Positions 46,499-55,093 of a stretch of DNA of 64,000 bases are shown in pieces. The stretch covers positions 64,001-128,000 of the forward strand of contig CAVSMN010000020.1 in assembly GCA_963729045.1 (NCBI GenBank), written 5' to 3'. Position 1 is the first letter of the stretch. Each line of letters begins with the position of its first letter. The notes beneath the pieces were generated by a model. The model saw only the letters and a list, made by a program, of their open reading frames with translations, had not been told where the DNA came from and made no database searches. Source of the stretch: an uncultured Nitrososphaeraceae archaeon. GTDB taxonomy: Archaea > Thermoproteota > Nitrososphaeria > Nitrososphaerales > Nitrososphaeraceae. Position numbers and translations under genes: made by a program.

Positions 46499-46765
46499 CT
46501 AAGAATCTTGGGGATCAACCCAATTACTGATTGGTTGTGGATAACCACTATCCATCGTTGCACCCTGGCCCACGTAAAATGTAAGGCGAACGTATTGGTC
46601 GCCTTTTAGAAGATATAACTTATTATCCTCTTCACTGAGAAAGGAAGCATCGATATCCGAGGTAAAATTTTGAGCTAATGATTCTTTTATCGGTACATTG
46701 AATGGCAATATTAATGACATGACAACAAGAAATGATAGGAATAAAAAGTATTTTTGATACCTCAT
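46499..46765 (-). CDS. Small secreted protein with a single hemopexin-like repeat
   Basis: Signal peptide then IDASF...NKLYLLKGDQYVR...MDSGYPQPISNW, matching the hemopexin repeat consensus. Confidence 0.7.
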   Translation of the reverse strand: MRYQKYFLFLSFLVVMSLILPFNVPIKESLAQNFTSDIDASFLSEEDNKLYLLKGDQYVRLTFYVGQGATMDSGYPQPISNWVDPQDS

Positions 46766-47213
46766 ATGACTACTTTATAAATAAAATAAATAAAGTTTAT
46801 GGAATGATATTCTGAGCATTTAGGAAACTTGGGATTGTACCTTACAATTCTGCTTGGATTATACGTTGTCATCTGAAGTAGCACGAATGTTTCTATTGAT
46901 AGAAACTCCATACAAAATCAGCCATCTAAGAATCAGATTTAATCCGTTTTGAAACGCCTTATTAATTTTTCAAATCAATGGCTGTTCTCAGTACTCAAAA
47001 TGAAATTTTATTAATCATATTTAATTTTTAATCACATTAGTAACAAATGGATAATCATACCGTTCCTCTTCAGAAACTCGATTTCGATCTGATCCGAGAT
47101 ATCAATAAACCTAAACGCTACCCAAAAGCAATTGCAGTATCCAAATAACACTTACTCAGGAATAATTCAATACATCTTTTGAACCAAAATTCAGATTCCT
47201 GTATTCAGCGATC

Positions 47214-47534
47214 TCATTCTATATCTTGTTTCAACTTTGCAAGCAAGTCTATGGCATCCACCGAAAATTTGGTTATCCAGCGATCATGTAATTCTCGAAT
47301 AGGAAGAAGATTAATGTAATTCCATCGGTATTTTCCACTATGTTTAACTATAATCAAATCAGCCTTTTCTAAGACGTTCAAATGTTGCATTACCGTACAT
47401 CTATCCATTTTTTTTAAGATTAGACACAATTCTGAGGTAGTATGTGGTTTATCCTTAATCAAATCAAGGATTTCACGTCTGCCAGCATGACCCAGTGCCT
47501 TAAGAATGTGGTCATACTCACTCTCTGAATACAT
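47214..47534 (-). CDS. ArsR/SmtB-family transcriptional regulator
   Basis: LKALGHAGRREILDLI...P.TTSEL...RCTVMQHLNVLEKADLI...GKYRWNYIN; likely start ATG 47534. Confidence 0.9.
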   Translation of the reverse strand: MYSESEYDHILKALGHAGRREILDLIKDKPHTTSELCLILKKMDRCTVMQHLNVLEKADLIIVKHSGKYRWNYINLLPIRELHDRWITKFSVDAIDLLAKLKQDIE

Positions 47535-47552
47535 GTTACATTTATATAACAT
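47533..47552. promoter_or_regulatory. Putative ArsR operator between divergent arsR-like and SRPBCC genes
   Basis: Inverted repeat ATGTTACA-TTTA-TATAACAT (7 of 8 paired). Confidence 0.55.
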
Positions 47553-47586
47553 ATACTACTAATAAACCTTATAACGGCGTATATTT

Positions 47587-48030
47587 ATGAATTTGAAATT
47601 TAGAGTGCAAGCCAAGATAAAAAAGCCTGTCGAGGAAGTATATGACGCAGTCTACGATCCAAAGAAATTAAGCAAATATTTTACTACAGGTGGAGCAAGT
47701 GGACCACTCGATGAAGGAATGGAGGTCATGTGGGATTTTCATGATTATCCTGGTGCTTTTTCAGTATATGTAAAACAGACAATTAAGAACCAGAAAATCG
47801 TTTTTGAATGGGCCAGTGCAGTAGAATCTAATCGCTTGACAGTAGAGATGGACTTTGAACGACTTGGAGATGACATGACGCTAGTAACGATTTCAGAGGC
47901 AGGCTGGATAAATGAAGACCAGCCATCATTAGATGAATCATATAGTAACTGCCAAGGTTGGACTCAAATGGTTTGTTGCTTAAAGGTATATTTGGAATAT
48001 AATAAGAATTTAAGGGAGTTCTTTTATTGA
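47587..48030 (+). CDS. SRPBCC/AHSA1 (START-like) domain protein
   Basis: IKKPVEEVYDAVYDPKKLSKYF, KIVFEW, TLVTISEAGW, GWTQMVCCLKVYLE. Confidence 0.9.
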   Translation: MNLKFRVQAKIKKPVEEVYDAVYDPKKLSKYFTTGGASGPLDEGMEVMWDFHDYPGAFSVYVKQTIKNQKIVFEWASAVESNRLTVEMDFERLGDDMTLVTISEAGWINEDQPSLDESYSNCQGWTQMVCCLKVYLEYNKNLREFFY

Positions 48031-48494
48031 TATTTACTGAGTTTCCATGCAAAGTAGTATCTTATTTCCTATTTTTATGATTAATCTAAAGACAAAAAAC
48101 TGCAAGTAATATAAAATAGAACATTCTTAATTTGAAGAGAAGTAGGATGTGAACTTATCAATATTTAACCTGTACAAAGGTAACTATCTCCATAAAATAA
48201 TTAGTTCATTTTATAAGAAAGAGAGCAGAATCTTGACTTCAGTGGTATGCATATTAAGAACGGGTAACACATTATAAACTGCATTAATAATAGTCAATAT
48301 GACGTCTACTATTTAACACTAACTTGTTAGAGTTATATGCACAACTTCAAAATCAAACAAGATCCCAAGATATAGAAGGATTCAAGGAATGAATTTTAGT
48401 CGTTAGAAAAATTACCAGTTATAGAAGTTATTAAGATTATTGAAATATCAAATAAAAGAAGATATATTTATTACTTATCGAAAGTTTGATGTAC

Positions 48495-49007
48495 TCAATT
48501 CGCTATTCCTGAGATTGACTGATTCTCAAAATGATTATTTATATTCTCAGGATCAAAGTAAATGTCAATTTTTTCCTGTGATAAGGCAATTACTGTGGGT
48601 TCATTTGTAACCGGACCGTCCCTCATGGTTATAGTTGAGGTACCATTAAGGTGGATCGTTTGGTTTTCAATAACTGGTGATCCTACTAATTTGAAATCAT
48701 TTATTTCATGTTCGTGTCCTGCGCTTCCATTTGGTTTGGCCATTTCTATAATGGCAGTCAAGCTGGGAGATGATGAATTTATTCCAGTCATTGACCAGTT
48801 ACCAGAATTTATCCAGGTTGTGTTTCCTGAAGAATCGGTCTGAGTATGATTGAATACACCGGCTTTAGTATCCCCTACCTGTCCATATGCAACAGAAGCA
48901 GTACTAGTCAAAATAACTATTCCAGCCACTAAAAAAATAGTTAAACTAAATGAAAAGATAATTCTTCTTTCAAGTCTTGTTGCGGTAAAATTCTGATCAA
49001 GATCCAT
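48495..49007 (-). CDS. Secreted hypothetical protein, W/M/HxH/HF family copy 4
   Basis: Signal ending AYG|Q; WINSGNW, MAKPNGSAGHEH, NHF. Confidence 0.8.
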   Translation of the reverse strand: MDLDQNFTATRLERRIIFSFSLTIFLVAGIVILTSTASVAYGQVGDTKAGVFNHTQTDSSGNTTWINSGNWSMTGINSSSPSLTAIIEMAKPNGSAGHEHEINDFKLVGSPVIENQTIHLNGTSTITMRDGPVTNEPTVIALSQEKIDIYFDPENINNHFENQSISGIAN

Positions 49008-49533
49008 TTTTTAAATTAGTACATACTAATATAAATTCCTTACCGATTTGTTAATTCACCTAGTTACTATATACTAGTATTGATTATTACCAAATTTAAA
49101 TTTTTTAGTAATAATCATTGTAAGCACAAAAATTTTCTACCAGAGAGATCAATAAATGGAGATATACAGTTACGAAAAGTCTTTTCCTCAGTAACAAGGT
49201 TTACCGCATGTAAATACATTGAAAAACATTATGACTTTATGAAACTCATGAATAATTTTAGGTCAATGATTAAATTGAAATACCTGATTAATTCCATTCA
49301 TTAATTAGATCTAGAGGGTTCTGTAAATCCGTTAGTAAATACAAAGGGATTAATAAAATGTAAGTGGAAACCAAACAACGCTCTATTACTTAATTTGCAC
49401 TTACTTTTTGTACCTTAATCATTTTTATCCTATATTTTCAGTACTATGAAAATGAGCCAAAAAACTTGATTATGACAAATGGATAAAAAGTCTATGAAAT
49501 AAGTATTTAAGCGGATTAATCAATATATAGCAT

Positions 49534-50510
49534 ATGGAATTGAGGAAAGAATTATCCATTAATGAAATAAAATTTATGTCTGGGAAAATTTCTACATCAA
49601 CTCTTGTAAAATTATCTCCGTATCTAGGCAATGGGTTGAACTAAAATTGCAAATGACAAAGTTATTGTTACCACAATATGAATCTAACAACTATGGGAAC
49701 CTTCAAAACTATGCGGAACTTCTTCACTCCGGTCATAAAATTCAAGAAGAGACAACTAATTTAAAAATATGTTATAATTACTTTTCATTAAATTCAAAAC
49801 AGAAAACGGACCCTCATATAGATAATGAGAAGATTACGATAGCTATCAATGATATTCGTAATAACGATAAGAAAATTCTATCATTGCTACGAAAAGAAAT
49901 GTGGTCAACATATTCATTTAAAGCTCTCGAGAGAAAACTTGATATTCATCAACAAAGTCTTTCAAGGGCTTTAAAGAGACTTTTGGACTTGAACCTAATT
50001 GAGAAAACATCATCAGGGTACAAGTTGGTTGAAAGAAATGGGTATAACTTCAATCCAATATTAGAAGATAATCTTTTAAATGAAGAGCCAGAAAAAGATA
50101 AATCAAAAATACATAGAAAATATAATCAATTAATCCAGATCTATATGCATGTAAAGGGTAACATCGAACCCATAGTGGATCATTTAACCGGAAAATGGTT
50201 TGGCAATTTAAGATGGTTCGGCTTGATAAAAAAAGAAACAGGTTTTAGACTTCAATGGATAGTAGTAGATAAACACAGCAACAATAAAATATTTCAGATT
50301 AATGTAAGTATTTTATCAGAATATATTATTGTAGAGTCCAATGCCTTTTCTGAAAGTGAGAAGGTGGAAGCTATGTATTACTCAAATAGGATAATTGAGG
50401 AAATAATAAAAATTCTGCAAGAGAACTTACTTGAAAAAGTTATACCAGAAAAGGAATACACTCCTGTTTACACTAATGACATAAAATTTTCGCATAATAG
50501 GAATAATTGA
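49534..50510 (+). CDS. Winged-helix (MarR/ArsR-like) domain protein; N-terminus probably frameshifted near 49635
   Basis: DKKILSLL...YSFKALERKLDIHQQSLSRALKRLLDLNLIEKTSSGYKL; upstream short frame from ATG 49534 with TATTTAAG about 30 nt before it. Confidence 0.7.
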
Positions 50511-50718
50511 CGAAATATCAAACTCATTCTGTTAGGACTTTCACCTAAACTGGGAATTAAGAATATTGTAACATACAAGATTTCAAATAATCAATCTATT
50601 TTTCCGCGCGTTATGGACTTATAGGATTTGGAATAAAATAGTAAAAAAAAATTGTGCTTTGGAATCATTGCCATATACAATGAATTGTTTGATAGCAGGG
50701 TATCATCATCACATTATG

Positions 50719-51411
50719 TTAGAGTTCCTGTCTTAATTTTGTAAATCCTTGTGACGTAACTATCCCCGACTCAACCACCGGTTTTTCTCCGATTGCTTTT
50801 TCTATAGCTTCATTTGACAATTTCAAAGCCTGTTCAATATTCATATTTGTGTCATAGCCTTTTTGAATCACATCTAGTGCCACATCGGAAGAGTGACCTA
50901 TTGCAAACCCACCTCCTTTCAAATAAGTTCCACTGGGGTCAACTCGGTACAAATGTATTCCATTTTCATCTACTCCAGCAATGATTATTGAAGCCGCTTG
51001 CGGTCTTACAGCATAAATTGTGTAATTGTGTAAATAGGTACTTAGATGTTTTGTGATAGATCTTATGTCGATAGAGCTATCATATGAAATGCGATGTTTC
51101 TGTCCTTGCAACCTTATTTCTTCTATTAAATGTTCTATATCTGCAATATAGCCTGCTCCAGTCGCTCCTATGTGCTTATCAATTACAAATATTTTTTCAT
51201 TAGGATCTACTAAGGGCAAAGTGGGTTTGATATGACTTGAAATGAGGGCGAATTCTGGAGTTTTTAACCCAATAGTTGTTGAACCCTTATTTACCGCCTC
51301 TAGAGCATTATCTACTAACACCAGGCGACCACCTTGTCCATAGTAGTATGGATATCTACTGTTATTCCCAAAACTATAAGGAGAACCTGCAGAATTATTA
51401 TCTTCAGACAT
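50719..51411 (-). CDS. psmA: Proteasome alpha-type subunit, divergent
   Basis: GRL..V..ALEAVNKGSTTIG, EKIFVIDKHIG, G.IAD, VRP, AGVD..G.HLYRVDPSG, AIG. Confidence 0.9.
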   Translation of the reverse strand: MSEDNNSAGSPYSFGNNSRYPYYYGQGGRLVLVDNALEAVNKGSTTIGLKTPEFALISSHIKPTLPLVDPNEKIFVIDKHIGATGAGYIADIEHLIEEIRLQGQKHRISYDSSIDIRSITKHLSTYLHNYTIYAVRPQAASIIIAGVDENGIHLYRVDPSGTYLKGGGFAIGHSSDVALDVIQKGYDTNMNIEQALKLSNEAIEKAIGEKPVVESGIVTSQGFTKLRQEL

Positions 51412-51432
51412 TTTCTGTTATCTTCCTACCCC

Positions 51433-52014
51433 TTATACTACAACCCGTTCGGCTGCTACCAATTTTGGTATGACTAGGACATCTATTCCATTGCCAGAAC
51501 CTGGGTCCCGTTCCATAGCCGCTGCAACAGCTTTTTTAGCAATTTCCTTTGCTTCGTCGTTTGTGATATCAAAATGGTAAAGGCTTTCAAGCACTCCATA
51601 AGCTATGGGGGCTCCCGAACCTGATGCAGCATAATCTTCATTTGTAATCGCACCACTCATATCTGCAACATTTACATGTGATCCGCTGGTATCTACACCT
51701 GCTACTAGTAACTCGACGTAATATGGTTGGTAATTCTTTAGCCCCGAGTAGGCGAGATTTGCGATTAGTCTTGAAGATTCTTTTACACTCAATGGAAATC
51801 CCCTCCTTAGTTCTATCAATTTTCTCTCCGCTGCAGTAACTTTGATTAAATGTTCTGCATCGGATAACTGTCCTGCAATAGCAATTGCAAGAGTATCATC
51901 TATTTTGGAAATCTTTTGTACTATCTTGGATCCTATAAAGAAACCCTTACTGGCTCGTTTATCGGATGCAAGTACCACTCCCTCGGTTGTTTTAATTCCT
52001 ATTATGGTAGTCAT
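51433..52014 (-). CDS. psmB: Proteasome beta-type subunit with intact catalytic residues, apparently without propeptide
   Basis: MTTIIGIKTTEGVVLASDKRAS...QKI: Thr1, Asp17, Lys33; SGSG; RDPGSG; ATG at 52014. Confidence 0.93.
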   Translation of the reverse strand: MTTIIGIKTTEGVVLASDKRASKGFFIGSKIVQKISKIDDTLAIAIAGQLSDAEHLIKVTAAERKLIELRRGFPLSVKESSRLIANLAYSGLKNYQPYYVELLVAGVDTSGSHVNVADMSGAITNEDYAASGSGAPIAYGVLESLYHFDITNDEAKEIAKKAVAAAMERDPGSGNGIDVLVIPKLVAAERVVV

Positions 52015-52402
52015 TTTGTTATAGTAATATAGAGTATGGTCGAATTTATTGACCAAGTTCAGTTCAAATTAGTCACACTTTGACTTTATTTGTTATCAAG
52101 ATTTACTGAAAAGAACTGTAAGATTGAATTTATTGTATATCACACACCAGATACCTAAAAGGGCATCATTAGAGCTTATCAACAAATGTTTTTTCAAGCC
52201 ATTAACCATAATTTAGCAATTTATGCGTCATACCCGCCTATCAAACTAACAAATGTCTCCTGATGATGGACTAAGGAACACAATGTGTTAATATAATTAA
52301 ATAAAATACCAAAATACTGCAACGGGATTAACGAAAACCATTAAATGATAAATATTTCACAACAGGAAAAAAAATTAAGAGCGGATAGGATGGGTAGAAT
52401 AT

Positions 52403-52840
52403 TTAACACATTCTACCGGGTTTGCAATTACTGGGATCAAAGATATGATGTTTTTCGGTCCAGCTCTGATGATGACTGTGATGATCCGCATGATGAGGAT
52501 GAGTATGGGTCACGGTATGGGTATGGCCGTTGTGAGTAAAGAAGTGAGTATGTTCATCTAAATATTGACCATCGTTCTCTGTTGTAGTTTTACCGAGAAT
52601 ATCAGAAAGTTCCCCTATTATTGTAGTCAGTTGAGCGGTTGCGACTGTTGAATTACTACTTGATACAGTATTTTGTGCTTGGGTTAAATTTGCGATCAAT
52701 TCAGCAAGTACCTGGCTATTTTCTTGATTATTAGTTTGAGCAGAAACTTCATTGTTTAATGTCCACCCTCCAAAAGTTATGCCAAATGTTACAAAAAGCG
52801 CAGATATGATTGCTGATTTCAGGAAGATAATGTTCTTCAT
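52403..52840 (-). CDS. Secreted protein with His-rich C-terminal tail
   Basis: Signal ending VSA|Q; DEHTHFFTHNGHTHTVTHTHPHHADHHSHHQSWTEKHH; terminal CKPGRMC. Confidence 0.8.
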   Translation of the reverse strand: MKNIIFLKSAIISALFVTFGITFGGWTLNNEVSAQTNNQENSQVLAELIANLTQAQNTVSSSNSTVATAQLTTIIGELSDILGKTTTENDGQYLDEHTHFFTHNGHTHTVTHTHPHHADHHSHHQSWTEKHHIFDPSNCKPGRMC

Positions 52841-53081
52841 TTCAATCTAAATACTATATAGGTCATATTTAAAGAAAATTACGATTATTGTATCAAATAA
52901 TATACAGGTATACAAAAAATTCAAATGATTTAACACTTTTGTATAAAACGTTAATTTATGGGATTCTATAGTCAATGGCAATTACAAAGGTAAACTACGA
53001 TATTCTGGTTCATCGATACTGATTTATATCATGTTTTAAAAATGGTGGAATGTTATAAACATTGTTACTTAGGATCTTTTA

Positions 53082-53303
53082 ATGAACAACATTCTTACAA
53101 TTGCAGTCATAGGCGTATTGGCCGCATCAATTTTATTAATAGGAGCAAGCACGCCAGTATTTGCCCAAGAAAACATGACAATGAATACTTCTTCTTCTAC
53201 GCCGGTTGAAAATACAACAGACTTGTCAGATACTGGGATGGGAATGGACGCTAATACCATGATGGGCAATAGCACATCAGACAATAGCACAACAACACAA
53301 TAA
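53082..53303 (+). CDS. Small secreted Met/Ser/Thr-rich protein
   Basis: Signal ending VFA|Q; NMTMN and GMGMDANTMMG. Confidence 0.7.
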   Translation: MNNILTIAVIGVLAASILLIGASTPVFAQENMTMNTSSSTPVENTTDLSDTGMGMDANTMMGNSTSDNSTTTQ

Positions 53304-53766
53304 ATAGCAAATCAAATAACATCATCCCTATACAACCAATTTCCTTTTTTTTATGATTTGAAAACATAAAATAAGATATCAAGATTTCTTCTCAACGTAA
53401 TTCGTGATTTTATGGCATATGGTGTGAAACGAAGAGCATAAATGTAATATACTTATCACAACAGGCAAAAATGAAGCAATAATCATCATCATGCAAGATT
53501 AATCACTCTTTTATTGTGCTGTCATAGTTATCAGAGGGAATTAACGATTAATCTATAACCAAGCTGATTTATCAATTGACGAGAGGAAGAGAAAACTAAA
53601 CGCATCTTACAAAGATCCGAAAACCTAAAAATGAAATTTATTTGTGTGTCTAACTATTCACAGTATATAACAGCAAATTCTATAGGGTATAGAAAAATAT
53701 GGGGTAAATCCATATTAGTAGAAAGATGAGCCCCCGCTTTTATAGGATGTTAATCAGATAAATTTA

Positions 53767-54148
53767 ATGAACACAACTAAGAAAATAACTGTTACCATGG
53801 TAATTGCGATAGCATCATTGTTTGCTGCATCCGGCATAACAAGTAGTCCCGTATTTGCTCAATCTAACGGCGAAGATGACGAGACAGGAAAAAATAATTA
53901 TGAAGAATTTGTTAATTGTCTGGCTCAATCAGAAGGCGAAAAGGGATTTGCATCTGAAAGCGATATAAGAGATTGTTTTAGACCAATTTATGATCCAGAG
54001 GCAGGTACTACCACAGCATCCAGTGATAATACTGACGATAGTAGTAGTAGCGATAGTAGCGAGAGTAGCGATAGTAGCGATAGTAGCGATAGTAGCGAGT
54101 AGTAGCGATAACATTGCCCCAAACTCAAGTAGCGATTCAAATAATTAG
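53767..54148 (+). CDS. Small secreted acidic protein with SSD repeats; probable 1-nt insertion near 54099
   Basis: Signal ending VFA|Q; two Cys; the AGTAGCGAT repeat continues past the stop as SSDNIAPNSSSDSNN to 54148. Confidence 0.65.
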
Positions 54149-54223
54149 CCCTACGTTGAGTGCTGGGCTACGAATACACGCCTTATAACATATCGATAAG
54201 CCATAGACAAAATAAAGAATACG

Positions 54224-54265
54224 TTACCATGTCATTCATTCAATAGTGAATGAATGACATGATAA
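54224..54265. repeat. Long inverted repeat (15-bp perfect stem, 4-nt loop) between convergent genes
   Basis: CATGTCATTCATTCA-ATAG-TGAATGAATGACATG, extendable by TTA/TAA after one mismatch. Confidence 0.85.
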
Positions 54266-54504
54266 ATTATTTTATTTAGTACATAATAAAAATAGAGAAG
54301 AAACTAATTTGTATATACTCATAGATCGTAATAACAGTATGTTAACGTTAAAGAAATAATAGGCATCACGAGAATATGATCAATTTCACGATGAATCATA
54401 CTGTTTTCTTTTGCTTTATGGTTATAAATATAGAATTTTCTAGGGTTGAGAATACTAAAAAATGAATAACTATTATTGCTTGATTGAAGAATAGTTGTAT
54501 CTGG

Positions 54505-54882
54505 TCATTTGTTAATAATATTTAGAATATTACCATCGGGATCTTTAAACCATGCTACTTTCATGTCACCATCAAAATGAATATCATCTTTTAATGTCGT
54601 ATTAGGCATGTCATAATGTTCAAACTGTACACCTTTAGATTTAAGTTCCTTTACCAAGGCATCCATATCCTCACCCACTATCCAAGTTGCGCTAGTAGCT
54701 TTATTAGTTCCAGCGTATTGTGATTGATATACTATGATGGCAGAGTTACCACATCTATAAACCACTACTTCCTCTCCAACAGAGTCTATTTCCTCCAGTC
54801 CCAAAATATTTTCATAAAACTTTCTCGAAATTTCCAGATTCTTAACGGCTATATTTGCTAGTGCACTCTTATTACTCAACAT
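54505..54882 (-). CDS. VOC/glyoxalase family protein
   Basis: IAVKNLEISRKFYENILGL, LKSKGVQFE, AWFKDPDGNIL. Confidence 0.92.
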   Translation of the reverse strand: MLSNKSALANIAVKNLEISRKFYENILGLEEIDSVGEEVVVYRCGNSAIIVYQSQYAGTNKATSATWIVGEDMDALVKELKSKGVQFEHYDMPNTTLKDDIHFDGDMKVAWFKDPDGNILNIINK

Positions 54883-55093
54883 AATAAATCCCCCATCGTG
54901 AATTAGACATGTCAACATTTCTATGAAAACATAGGTTCAAAAAAAAGTCAGGTAGTAGTTGTAGTTTTTGAGCAGGGATCAATTGTTTCATAGGTGAATA
55001 TGCTCTACATGTTATAAAAATGGGTAGGGGAGTGAAAGTATAGTTAGTTATTTTGGTAAGAGTTGCTTGAGAAATCCAAGTGGATCCATATTT

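Noticed and set aside
52345..52539. Acidic ORF on the plus strand
   Set aside because: Antisense shadow of the His-rich tail of 52403..52840
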